From NCBI RefSeq assembly GCF_006345805.1, contig NC_043001.1, positions 77,438,001-77,502,000 on the forward strand: 64,000 bases of DNA. The letters are read 5' to 3'. Shown piece after piece: positions 37,872 through 50,471 of this stretch; the stretch's first letter is position 1, and each line of letters begins with the position of its first letter. A program made the position numbers and the translations under genes. The stretch is from Octopus sinensis (lineage: Eukaryota). The notes under the pieces were generated by a model. That model saw only the letters and a list, made by a program, of their open reading frames with translations, was not told the origin of the DNA and did not search any database.

Positions 37872-38640
37872 GATTCCTCAATTGTTCCTCCAAAGTCCAC
37901 CATAAATCTTTAATAATATTTAGAATGGTGACTGTGCGGGCCATTTTAAGCGTCCGACTTCTATTTTGTGGACTTGAAACCAATTTTGAACCACTGTAAA
38001 TATGTCTGTAAGTTTACCCTGCAATGAAGTACAGCTTCAAGATCAAGTGAATTCCATGATATCCCTGCCCAGATCATCACAAACCAATCTCCATACTTAA
38101 CAAGAATGAAGCAGCCTGAATGATAGGCTTCTTTGGGTTACCTCCAGACATAAACTCGTATCGAACTTGAGAAAAGTGGAAAGACGATTTATCGAGAAGA
38201 TAACTTCTTCCATTCATCCATTAGCCTCTTCTGATGATCTTTATGCCATTTTAATCGCCTCCTCATATTGATGACGGAAGAGAGACGTTATGCAATTAAA
38301 GCTTTCCCATGATATCCAGCATTATGAAGCTCGCTACGAACGGTCTTGGTAGAGATTGGGTTTGCAAGATGTTGGTTTAACTCTGAAGTCACAATCGTTG
38401 TAGTAATTCTATGATTTCTGGAAGTAATGCGTTTCAATGCTCTACACTCCCTTTCTCAGAGTAACAGCTTCCGACCACAATTATGCGTTTCAGTCTTCCT
38501 TTTCCCGTGCTTTTAGAATGCTGTCATAATCTTAGAGACGATTCTTCTTGAAACATGGAATATTTCTACAGTTTTAGTAACTGAGGTTCCAGCCATCCGA
38601 ACTCCAACAGTTTTCCCACTTTGAAAAATCAGTAAAGTCA
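37872..38640 (-). mobile_element. Tc1-type (DD34E-like) transposase remnant
   Basis: Minus strand VGVRMAGTSVTKTVEIFHVSR, ISTKTVRSELHNAGYHG and LKWPAQSP..NIIKDLW. Related to 63464-64000. Confidence 0.8.
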
Positions 38641-39603
38641 CACAATTTATTACATATAAATATAATTATCAGGAAAAAGATATTATATAAGCTTATAACG
38701 TTACGCGCTAGATGTCAGTACTTGCAAGCAATCCAAATTGTTATAAACGACTAATCTTGATTAGAGAATATAGTATAATAAGCACTGGTGTTTCCAATAT
38801 TTTCCCTACCCTGTATGTAAATTCATTCATGTTTATATACATACATACATATATATATATATGTGTGTGTATGAGTATGTGTGTCTGTGTGTGTGTGTGT
38901 GTGTGTGTATGTATATGTATATATATGTATATATATATATATATAGAGAGAGGGAGAGATAGAGAGAAAAAGAGAAAGAGAGTGGGAGGAAGAGAAAGAA
39001 AGATAACGAGGCAAATAAACAAAGAATACTTCTGGGCTAGACATAAAATATACATACGTATGCACATGTAAATAGTGAGAAACAAAGGTTGAAACATTTC
39101 AGATGATGAATATTCATATATAAATATATAGATGTTTATATATTAAAATAGCAGATTTACACAGAGTACAAAGAACAGAAATAGTTCCTCCTAGTTTTTT
39201 TGTGTCTTTGTACACTTTGTAAAGCTGTACCCTTTGTAAATCAGCTTTGTTACTATATAAATATCTATATATTTATACATGAATATTCATCAACTGAAAA
39301 TTTTCATTCTTTGCTTTCTCACTATTTACATGTATATCCGTATGTATATTTTATATATCCAGTGCAAGCGGTTTGATTTATTTATTTGCATCTTTATCTC
39401 CATATCTGCTCCACCGGGATTCCGCTTATAGCCACTATTTACCCCACAGACTGGGTTATCAGTAACAATTCCTGAGTGTAAGCTCAAATCATTTGAACGC
39501 TATAAAGAGTTTTATATATTGACATCTCTGGAACAGATCATGTTGATCTCTCTGATGAAGTGAGAGAAGTGAATGCTAGAACCTTTCGCAGGGGAAACCC
39601 AAA

Positions 39604-39813
39604 GGTGGGAGAAAATGGAGAGAAATGGTAGTTGAGTTAGTTATTATTTGCTGATGATACAGCACTGGTGGCGGATTCGGAAGAGCAACTGAGGAGACTG
39701 GTCGTAGAGTTTGGAAGAGTGTGTGAAAGGAGAAAACTGAAAGTGAATGTAGCTAGGAGCAAGGTGATGAAATGTTTGAGAGATGCAATGGCTGGTAGGA
39801 TGAATGTGAGAAT
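39604..39813 (+). mobile_element. RTE-clade LINE reverse transcriptase fragment
   Basis: LLFADDTALVADSEEQLRRLVVEFGRVCERRKLKVNVARSKVM (RT motifs 5-7). Confidence 0.85.
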
Positions 39814-40056
39814 ATGTATATATATATAATTGATACATCCGATTGGACTTAGAATCTACATTTAACAACCAGATACAAGGAATTCGGTTAAGACTCTATA
39901 CCTTGAAGCAATTATCCGAGGGAGAGGTCACATAATTTTCAGTTATAACATCAAAGAGATTTAAATGCAGCAACACATGCAAAAGAAAATTCTTTTTAGT
40001 TTTAAATATCCGTCATTTGAAGGCTTGTTCGCACATGACTAGTGATCCCATGTCAT

Positions 40057-40268
40057 TAGCCAAATGTGACCGCGTGTGGTCCGTTGGCGATTTTTTTTCC
40101 TCTGTTTTCCCTTCTCTGGATCTTTCCTTCTCCTATGTTTCTGACGAAGAGCTCCGCTCGAAACGTTAAACCCTCCTTCTTCCCTTCCTACCTGGGCGTC
40201 CAATAATACTATATTTGTTCCACGTCCTCGCGTTGTTGTGTTTTTTCTTTGTGTTTTCATGTTTGGAT

Positions 40269-40272
<4 letters not shown>
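40057..40272 (+). mobile_element. Short hammerhead-bearing element related to family X
   Basis: Pyrimidine leader, hammerhead, CCTGGGCGTCCAATAATA (compare CCTGAGCGTTATACTAATA in X), T-rich tail ending in (TA)n. Confidence 0.75.
40137..40171 (+). ncRNA. Intact minimal type I hammerhead ribozyme motif
   Basis: GTTT CTGACGA A GAGC TCC GCTC GAAA CGT T AAAC: stem I GUUU/AAAC, full core, 4-bp stem II, palindromic ACGU stem III, GUU cleavage site. Confidence 0.8.
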
Positions 40273-40299
<27 letters not shown>

Positions 40300-41480
40300 C
40301 AAGGTGGGCACCGCAAATCGAGAAATTAACTTTATTAATCATTAATACTTTAAACAAAAAGTTAATTTCATTAATCGTTAGTCCGTTAATTCTTCGAAAA
40401 TGTAACGGATGTTAACGTTAACTTTTATTGAAAACGGCATAACTACAGTTTAATACCCCACCGATTTTGTTGGCTCATAAATTCCAGAGAAATGGATACT
40501 TTTTAATGAAACTTTCACCAAATAATCGCTTATATCCTGTTGTGGAGGCGCAATGGCCCAGTGGTTAGGGCAGCGGACTCGCGGTCATAGGATCGCGGTT
40601 TCGATTCCCAGACCGTTGTGAGTGTTTATTGAGCGAAAACACCTAAAAGCTCCACGAGGCACCGGCAGGGGATGGTGATGATCACTGCTGTACTCTTTCA
40701 CCACAACTTTCTCTCACTCTTACTTCCTGTTTCTGCCGTACCTCTATTTCAAGGGGCCGGCCTTGTCACTCTCTGTGTCACGCTGAATATCCCCGAGAAC
40801 TACGTTAAGGGTGCACGTGTCTGTGGAGTGCTCAGCCACTTACACGTTAATTTCACGAGCAGGCTGTTCCGTTGATTCGGATCAACCGGAACCCTCATCG
40901 TCGTAACCGACGGAGTGCTTCCATCCACCCCATATATCCTGTAGATTGAGTGTATGTAGAGATTTGTTGGAAAATATTTTTCTAGGGTTTGGGGAGAGGA
41001 GTTTCGGAAAATTCACACGACCCGACATTTTCTCCCTCATGACATTCTGGAAAATAGGTATTTTGTTAATGAAATTTTATACAAATACATTTCAGACGGT
41101 TTAGATTACTGTTCGTCGGCTTGAAGTGGGTAGGGGAGTGCGGAGCAGTTTCTAGAAAACGGAATTTCGGATCAGACGGCCCACATAAGCTGGAATTTCT
41201 CCCTTCTGACGGGGATTTTTCTCAATGTTTTCTACCAAAGACTTCAGAAATATGGGGATGGCGGGGGGCATCTTCTCACGAAAACAAGAAAAAGTTTTTA
41301 AAATTTTGTTCACTCCCACCATCCCTCACCACCCCAGTCCGAAACGATTTTGGCCATTTTTTTTCACTAGGCACGTAAAACCCGTGAAAGAAACGTTTCC
41401 GGTTTAATAAGAAACTGTTAATAATTTCAGAGGAAAATGTGTGATTTAAGGGAGATTTGGCTCCTGTTTCTAGCACATCA
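40300..41480. mobile_element. Non-autonomous DNA-element-like sequence(s), unclassified, split by SINE B
   Basis: The CAAGGTGGGCACCG start with TTAACGTTAAC subrepeats is hAT-MITE-like. Diverged direct repeats (..TTAATGAAA(C/T)TTT..AAAT) at about 40465-40525 and 41025-41090 resemble Helentron-associated elements. Confidence 0.35.
40541..40932 (+). mobile_element. SINE family B with 10-bp TSD
   Basis: TSD TATATCCTGT at 40531-40540 and 40933-40942. Confidence 0.95.
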
Positions 41481-42139
41481 CAAAAGCTCCCTTCTCGTTT
41501 CCTTCTCACTCACACATCTATTGATAATTTTCAATATTTTTCTCCCGATAAACAAATTTTATGGAATGACGATGTCAAAGTAATACACGTATAGTCTCAA
41601 CCGAGCGAGGCCGTGTTATGTGTGTGTGTGTGTGTGTGTAGAAAAGAAACACACCTAAAACATCTTTAGTGTTCATATTAATCTGTCAAATGTAATGCTT
41701 ATTTGTTCACGTTATTTTGAATTATTCAGGTTCAAGTGGGGTGTCCACAATATTTGCTTGTAACTTTTTAATTATTTTATATACAGTTTTGAAATTTTGT
41801 CAGTGGGTTCTTTATATACCACTGGTTTATCGTTATGTAATTTTAGCTAATCTTGCTGAGTAAATTTGACTTTTATGGACAGGTAAATTTAATTAACAGG
41901 TGTAAAAAGTATAACATTTAATGGATAAACGCCAAAATTAAAATTCTTAATGTATCTTACCTGTTTGATTTGTTACGAAAATTATCCCAGATGGCAGCCG
42001 ACAAAAACTTTGCCACTTTTCATGATGAAGTACATTAATTTGAATTAATTATAATACAGATATTTTCGGTACAAGATTTTATTCTTTCGCTAAAATTTCG
42101 TAACTCACTGTGGAATAATTTTTTCCACAGTTTTTTCGG

Positions 42140-42523
42140 ATGCATTCAGCGTATCAGACTTCCAATCCCGCCGCAAGTCTGAAAAGAAAATAGGGAGGGG
42201 TGATGGGAACCTTGAAGTTTCCCACCAAGGGAGTTTTGTTTCGCGAGTCTTTCTTTCTTTATCAATTTATTTTGCTGGCTTTCAACGAATGCGTTTCCAG
42301 ACTTATTCTTCTAAGGACTTCTGAGGGCTTCGCAAGAGTTTTGGCGCAAGAGTTTTACCCTGACAGACTCCCTCTTTGAAGTTTTTGTGCCATGTCCAAA
42401 TCTGCATTGCCATTTGTGACTTTTAGAGAACTCTCTCACAAATGCACGTTACACAGTCTTGTTCGACTGTGTTCGAGCATACTCCAACACACAAAACGCC
42501 CTTTCTCTTCCAGTGAATACCAT
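42140..42523 (-). pseudogene. N-terminal fragment of a Tc1/mariner-superfamily transposase (DUF4817-like HTH)
   Basis: ATG at 42523: MVFTGRERAFCVLEYARTQSNKTV*RAFVREFSK, then frameshifts. Confidence 0.65.
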
Positions 42524-42629
42524 TTCTATACCTGAAAAGGTAAACATATCAAACATTAAAGATATAATTTTTGCCTATTTCTGCACATGTTGTTAAAATT
42601 TGTAGTCATTTAAACAAGAACTGGCAAAG

Positions 42630-42811
42630 TTATTAGAGTGCGAAATGATATCAAATTTTTGACATCGCTTGTTTCCCCACCTCTTCACTATAACTCATTG
42701 CAGCGATCCCTTAGTTTTTCTATGCCCTGTAAAAGAACTCGGAAGGTTGAACCTCCAACCAAGGCTTCCACGATACACTTAAAGCCAGAAAAGTTTCAGC
42801 ACACCCTTGCA
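42630..42811. mobile_element. Second copy of the mariner-type MITE
   Basis: CTGTAAAAGAACTCGGAAG..CGATAC..TTAAAGCCAG.AA..TTTCAGCAC is shared with 21323-21535. Confidence 0.7.
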
Positions 42812-42839
42812 TATACGCTACACGGTACTACACAATATA

Positions 42840-44084
42840 CGAGGGGCGTTCAATAAGTAATGCCCCTGACCCACTTCCCATAGCAGTAGAGCAACGAAAC
42901 TTAGCACAGTTATTAGTCTTTTTCTATATATGAACCACCCAGAGTTACGCATTTCTCCCATCGTTTGATGCAGCTCTGGAGACCGTTTTTGTAGAAGACC
43001 CCATATTGGTCCTCCAACCACGACATGACTTCAGAAATCAAGGCTGCATCATCTGGGAAACGCTTTCCTTTCAAAAACAACTTCATGGCTGGGAAGAGGT
43101 GAAAATCAGAGGGTGCAAGGTCAGGAGATTAGGGGGGATGGGGGAGGAGTTCATAGTCGTACGCCTGTGCTTCTGATCTGGCGACACGCGAGTCGTGGAC
43201 CGGAGCGTTGTCCTGCAGGAGGAGGATGCCTTTGCTGATCTTGCCCCGCCTCTTGATTTTGATAGCTTCTCTTAATTTTCCTCAAAAGTGAAGCATAATA
43301 GGCTCCTGTAATTGTGGTACCCTTTGCCAGGAAATCTGTCATCACTACTCCGTCCTGGTCCCAGAAGACTGTGAGCATGACCTTGCCAGCGGAGGGCTGC
43401 ACCCTTGCCTTCTTTGGAGGAGGTGAGTCACAGTGCTTCCATTGCATTGACAGGGTTTTGGTCTCTGGATCATAGTGATGGACCCAGGTTTCATCCTGTG
43501 TAATCAGTCTTGAAAAAATTTGACTCATCTTCTTGGCACTAGACGCGTTATTGCTTCTGGAAAGGTGTGAGCAACTTGGGAATCCATCTGGCAGATACCT
43601 TTTGCATATGCAAATGGTCATGAATAATAGTTTCCACTGACCCGGTACTAATCTTGACCTCATGGGCTATTTGGCGAATAGTTATGCGTCGATCTTCCAA
43701 AATGGCAGCCTCAACTTGACGGACAGATGCCTCATCAATGTTAGAAGACCTGGGAGCTGTTTCCTCAGAGTTCCGACCATGTTTGAATTTACGATGCCAG
43801 CGTTTTACAAGTTCATATGATGGGGCATCATCACCATAAGTTACTTTCATTTCATCAAAAGTTTCCCGTGGTGTTCGTCCTTTCAAATACAAAAACCGGA
43901 TCATTGCTCGACATTGAACAGGCTCCATTTCACACTTGATTCGGTTCAAACACCTGTAAATCAGAAACCACAATTTGTTCAGAGCTGTAATTTGGCACTT
44001 AATCTATAGAGATATAAATAATTACACATGCAAGATCAAATAAATGTAAGTGGGTCAGAGGCATTACTTATTGAACGTCCCTCG
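42840..44084 (-). mobile_element. Near full-length mariner (DD34D, irritans-like) element
   Basis: 37-bp TIRs with 2 mismatches (CGAGGG(G/A)CGTTCAATAAGTAATGCC(C/T)CTGACCCACTT), with TA on both sides. Confidence 0.95.
42913..43928 (-). pseudogene. mariner transposase pseudogene
   Basis: MEPVQCRAMIRFLYLKG..., WIPKLLT, TQDETW, QDNAPVH-...-SPDLAPSD with 34 residues between D2 and D3. Stops and at least two frameshifts. Confidence 0.92.
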
Positions 44085-44445
44085 TAAGTATGAAACTGAG
44101 CCATACTGTACATAAAGAGACGAGTGTGAAAAGCATATATTTATATAGAATATCTTCGTGGGCAGAAAAGAGCGGGAAAAGATGGTCCCGCAGCAATCAT
44201 ATATTGGATTAAAATGCTATGGTCTAGCTGTTATTATGGGCTTGCGTATGTATAGGACTATTGCATTATTGATAGTGAGTTAGATAAATTATTGTGGGTT
44301 ACCTGAGGTTTGTAAAATTCTATTGTGTACAATAGAATATATCTATAGTTTTTTGGTACAGATTTAAACAATTTACACAGATTTAAACAATTTATCTTTG
44401 TATAAAAAGAATTCGCGCCCGACTGCAGAGATACATGTATATGGA

Positions 44446-44630
<185 letters not shown>

Positions 44631-44899
44631 AGCTAGTTAGCTAGCTATCTGTCTGTCTGTCTATCTATTTGCTAGGCTTCCTGGCTACATGCATGCACGT
44701 ATGTATATAGGTATGCATGTATTTATGTACATATATACAGTCATACAAACATTTATACACACACACATGCACATATATATTCTTATAATATACACATATA
44801 CACATATATATTCATATAATATACACTATAACTACATACAGATGCAAATCTATATTATGCTGTACTATATTATCTATATTATGTATTAGTTGTGCATTT

Positions 44900-45675
44900 A
44901 TGTATATGTGTATACACACACACTCACTCTCTCTCTCTCACGCACGCACACACACATTCTGTCACTCTTTCATACGAACGCACACACACACATTCTCTCA
45001 CACGCACACGCACACACACACATTCTGTCTCTCTTTCATACGAACGCACACACACACACACACACTCTCTCTCACACACACACGCACACACGCACACACA
45101 CACAATCTGGCTCTCTTTCATACGAGCGCGCACACACACACACACACATTCTCTCTCTAACACGCACACACGCACAAACACACACATACACACAAGCATA
45201 CACAATAATACGAGGCCAGTGAAACAAAGACGCAGAAAGTTTTCTTTGAAGTATCACGCCTGTACCCAAATAGCAAGTGGTTTATATAACCACTCTCTCT
45301 CTCTCAAAAAAACACGTACACAAACACATACACACACACGCACTCACACACACACATATTGGTGCAACTATGTATACATGAAAAAGTATAAGAATTATTT
45401 ATATAAAACAGAATGTAAACCAACGCAAATAAGGTTTCCGAAATAATTATTCTGTATAGATATCGTCACGTTTCTGGTGTCTGTTACTGCGTTCAGCAAT
45501 TTTAGTTATAGATATTGGTTTCAACACTGTTTTTACTACAAATAGTTGTCTAATTTATGCGTATGTGTGTTTGAATGTGTGTATGAATGTATGAATGGGT
45601 GTATCAGTACACTTGTGAATGTATGTACAACGCTGTGTATGAATGTTTGTATGCATATTTGTATGCGCGTATGTA

Positions 45676-45734
<59 letters not shown>

Positions 45735-45746
45735 CATGTATATATG

Positions 45747-45780
<34 letters not shown>

Positions 45781-45975
45781 TATTAAACATATACTCTCAA
45801 ATACATACATATGTATATACATATGCATATGTATATATATAAAATATATATGTGAATGCGTATGCATGTGCGTGTTTTTACAAATATGGTGTATATGTTT
45901 TAAGCCTATATAAGAATATGTTTATATGTGTCTATATACACACACACATATATGTATACACACACATATATGTAT

Positions 45976-46041
<66 letters not shown>

Positions 46042-46100
46042 AATATACACATACATGCACACGCACACACACATATATATATATACATACATATATACTG
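44900..46100. repeat. Microsatellite field (CA)n/(CT)n/(TA)n
   Basis: Read directly. Confidence 0.9.
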
Positions 46101-46514
46101 GCATCCATACGCGCACGTAGACATTTCCATTCGTTTCTACACGTGGCTCTCCGTGTGTTTGTAAATAAGCGCTGGTATAAGTGTATAAGAAGGAATATGA
46201 CTAAAAATATCATGATGCAGTTATTTAGGCGCCGGTATTTACAAAAGTAATGTGGCCCCGAGATACACAAACATAGAAGCACACATCAATATATCCATAG
46301 ATACACATACAGCGTAATATAATGTAAACACTAGTGTCAGTTACAAATAATATCTTACTCCTCAGGTTCGCCAAGAACCAACAATCCCTTGAAGTGTGTG
46401 GATGTTATGGCATCAATCGTTTCTTACGTGAAAAGTTTGGGATATGGGCGTTAACGTTTGTGGTTATCTAAAATTTTGTTTGTGTTTCAGTGTTTATGCT
46501 AATTCGTTGGTGCT

Positions 46515-46997
46515 TACTTTCTTTTACCTGTTTCAGTCTTTTGACTGCGGCCATGCTGGAGTACCGCCTTTAGTCGAGCAAATCGACCCCAGTATTTATT
46601 CTTTGTAAGCCTAGTACTTACCCCATCGGTCTTTTTTGCCGAACCGCTAAGTTACGGGGACGTACGCATTTCTTTTCTCTCCTTGTTTCTCTCCTTGTTT
46701 TTTTTCTGTGTATCTTTCTGTCGAAGAGCGTAGGCTCGAAACATAAAAGACTTGTTCTATTTCTATTCCTGAACGCCATACTAATACATTTGTTTGTTTG
46801 TACTCCACTGCCTTCGTCTTTTGTTTATTTTCGTAAACCTTCCCGTTATATAACATATATACGACGGGCTTCTTTCAGTTTCCGTCTACCAAATCCACTC
46901 AAAAGGTTTTGGTCGGTCCGAGGCTATAGTAGAAGACACTTGCCCAAGTTGCCACGCAATGGGATTGAACCCAGAACCATGTGGTTGGTAAGCGCAT
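46515..46997 (-). mobile_element. SINE family A interrupted by a family X element
   Basis: 3' half at 46515-46664, insertion at 46668-46844, short TA, then 5' half at 46860-46997. The SINE segment between GGGGACGT and the microsatellite is lost. Confidence 0.85.
46668..46844 (+). mobile_element. Hammerhead-bearing short element, family X (diverged subfamily)
   Basis: CTTT CTGTCGA A GAGC GTAG GCTC GAAA CAT A AAAG at 46714-46749. Confidence 0.85.
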
Positions 46998-47881
46998 GTG
47001 TAGTTTCTTACAAAGGCAGAGTTGGAAATTTCATACTCCTCACTCATCTGGAGCTCGGAGATGACAACTACGTTTCTCAGAGCATCGGCACATATTCTAC
47101 CAACTTGCAGTTTCCATCTCTAGGGAAACCTACATATCCCATGTTTATCAAGATTTGCAAGCTTATGAAACCTTTTCCGCTATCACATGTTATACGTAGT
47201 CTGATCAATAAATATTGTAGCGACGATAACACGCTACACATCTTCCTTGCAAGCACTGCTGTAAACAGCGGAACTAAACTAGAACGTTAAAACTTAATGC
47301 ATATACACAAGGAAGTTCAAGGTCAACTTTTTTTAAGCGGCTTCACTCTGTATGCTGTAGCTTCGTTACTATGGCAATATTCCGGATACTTATTGATCAT
47401 ACCTCTTATGGCTCTTCTTTTTTCACCACCATCTGCCTGAAGTGTGTCCCACTGTTGAAGCAAAACAAGATTCAATGTCCGTATCACTGTTCATGACCGC
47501 GAAACCCAAGTCTCCTAATATATTGCAAGACATACCTATTTTGTATGTCACATCACCTTTACATGACTACTCGGCTTACCCTTAGTTTTTAAGTCCAACC
47601 ACTTATTTACATACCCTCTGACTATGTCTACAGAACACACATTCCTCTATATATTAGCCAGTATATCATCAAACCATTAAAGTCACCGAGGGGTGTAAAT
47701 GTTTAGTAACTTACTTATTTTTAAAGTTAGGTGTACGAAATTTTAATCCAATGTAGAGAAGATAATGGAGATGTATTTACATTACTCGTTTTTCATCATA
47801 ATACATGTGAAAAATGATATCTTTTAAATGGCGTCCATTTTCAGCTACACAAATCCCTGCACTTTTCAAAAACGTGTTCTA

Positions 47882-47940
<59 letters not shown>

Positions 47941-47947
47941 AATAATA

Positions 47948-48164
47948 GCCTTTTCTACTATAGGTGCAAGGTCTGAAAATTTCTAGGAGAAGGGCCCAAT
48001 CTATTACATCGACCCCAGTGTGGTCAACTGGTACCTATTTAATTTCCCCCAAAAGTATGAAAACCGAAGTCTACATCGGTGTGTTTTGAACTCAGAGCGT
48101 AGAAACGAAATGCTGGAAAGCACTTTGTCTGCCCTGCTTACGATTCTACCAGCTCATTGCCTTA
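47948..48164 (-). mobile_element. SINE family C, diverged
   Basis: ATCGACCCCAGTG..AACTGGTAC, GAACTCAGA and CGATTCTACCAGCTC motifs. Confidence 0.75.
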
Positions 48165-49122
48165 AAAATTCAAGACGCCACCCAGGCGAGAATGCGGGCT
48201 CCGAAGCACACAATGAAAATAAATCTACTGAATAATAACAGTAATGATTTCTTTTATTGGTCCCAGTTGGTGTCACTGGTTTGATTGATATTGTGCAGCA
48301 ACTGGAATTTAACAAATACGGATGAAAGTAACATGATAAATAATTAAAAGCCAGTGATAACAATAAACTTCGGCAACGTATCAAAACAAAGCAAAGAAAA
48401 AAATCCTCGGATGAATCGGATATTCCGTCACAAATACCCGGATCACTCTAACAGGCCAAAGTTATGTATTCTCACCGCCACCCTGCTGTTGAATATTTAG
48501 AGTAAATCAATCGCAAGAGTGAAGGCGTGTGTCCAGTGGTTTGGGTATTCTATTCCCGATAGCAAGATCGCGGTTTCGATCCTTAATCGTGTAGTGCGTT
48601 GCTTGTACTTGACTAAAACATTACATTGAGCAACACAGTGCGATAAACACACTTGCTCAGTGTTTGCCTGTGCGTCATTAACATCCCGTGTAGTGGAACC
48701 TTTCCTTTTATATGAAGCAAAACAACATACACCGATCAGGTGCGCTCTTTTGGGGGATGAGTCTCGACGTTCATTAGAATAGCACTATGGAAGCAATATG
48801 TGTATAGAAGGGACTCTGTTTTACCTTTCACACTACTTCAGCTTATTTCCGAGAAAGATTGGACACACTGCTCGCAACCTCTTCCCAGTTAAACAGTTTG
48901 AGGATCGGGTTCATCTCAAACGTTTGGGCTGACAGAACCCCAGCTCATTTTGACCGAAGCTTCTATTCAGCAACGGAAGTCTGTGACCTGCATGGACATT
49001 ATCTGCGTATTGAGTTGTAAGACCTCCGATTTGCTTTGATAAATGCGTGTTTTTGTTTTTTCTTGACATATCTTTCGATATAGGGACAAATATTTTCATA
49101 TCGAATAAGTCTGATATTATAA

Positions 49123-49337
49123 AGCGGCGAGGTGGAAGTAACGTTAGCACGCCGGGAGAAATACTTAGCGGTATTTCACCTGTCTTTACATTCTTAGTTG
49201 AAATCCCGCGAGGTCGACTTTGCCTTTCATCCTTTCAGGATCGATAGATTAAGTACCGGTTGCGTACTGGAGTCTATCTAATCGACTGGCCCTCTCCCCC
49301 AAAATTTCTTGCCTTGTGCCTAGAGTAGAAAAGAATA
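49123..49337 (+). mobile_element. SINE family C, full-length
   Basis: GCGGCGAGG..CGTTAGCACGCCGGG head, GTCGACTTTGCCTTTCATCCTTTC, tail CCTTGTGCCTAGAGTAGAAAAG. Confidence 0.85.
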
Positions 49338-50121
49338 TGTCCGATATTATAACGGCCATTTTATTTTGGCATCCAACATGTTCAGTATTATGACGCTGAC
49401 ATCGTCCACGTCTGCAGTTACGGTCATTTTATGTCCCCCTTCCTGAAGATGACACAAGTTGGGCAGTGTCTCTGTACGTGCAAGACATCACAAAGTGTAC
49501 CCAATGGGAGTAGAGATTGTTGATACGAAGAAGAAGGATATAAAAACTCAGAGACAAAACAAAATGGTGAGGAAAAAACAAGTCAAAAACAAAAGTAAAA
49601 AGAAGTCAAGAAGAAATAGATGATAATGATGATGATGATGATGATGAAGAGAGTAAAAGGAGAAGAAGAGGAAAAGAAGACGACGAGGAAAGGAATTATA
49701 AATACAAAAAAGAGGAAACTGATAATAAGTTAAATGATGAAACGAAAGAAATTTAAAAAAAATAGAAAATGCAGTCCCAGTATAAAAATAATTAACTACA
49801 TAATTTATACACGCATACATACATTCAAACATACATGTGTGTATATATATATTATGTGTGTGTGTGTATATATATATATATATTCTTACCCATAGATTTA
49901 CCTATACATGTATATATATATAACATATGAATAAAATATTTATTTTATCGATTCAAAGAGCGAAAGGCAAAATTTATGTATGGGTTTCAAATTTTGACAC
50001 AAGCTACTGGGCATTTCTCTTTTGAGTAAAATAGGGTCTCTTTACTGCAGGAATTCGTTGATATTTCTAGCAAAACGAGGACGTACATATAGGATACCTT
50101 TTTAGCTCAACATTTAACAAA

Positions 50122-50460
50122 TGGTGAATAGCTTAGTGGGTATCAATAAGGCCGTGAGTTCGATTCGGGGTCGTTCGTTGTGTCCTTCAGCAATATATAT
50201 TATTTTACGTTGCTCCAGTACATTTAGCTAACAAAAGATGAGTTGTACCGGCAATTTAAAGGGCCAGTCTTGTCACATTCTGAGTTGGAACTTAATCTCC
50301 CTGTGAACAACGTTAACTGTATAGGTGCCAGTGGATCGCTAAGTCACTTGCACGTTAATTTTGCGGTCGATAAATTAAGTACCAGTTGCGTACTGGGGTA
50401 GATCTAATCGACTGCTTCCCTCCCCAAAATGTCGGGCTTTGTGCCTAGAGTAGAAAATAA
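50122..50460 (+). mobile_element. Chimeric SINE (E/B-type body fused to family C tail)
   Basis: CORE-like TTGTGTCCTTCAGCAA, then AAAGGGCCAGTCTTGTCAC and CACTTGCACGTTAATTT. It switches near 50361 to GGTCGATAAATTAAGTACCAGTTGCGTACTGGGG..CCTAGAGTAGAAAA. Confidence 0.65.
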
Positions 50461-50471
50461 TATCTTCCAAT

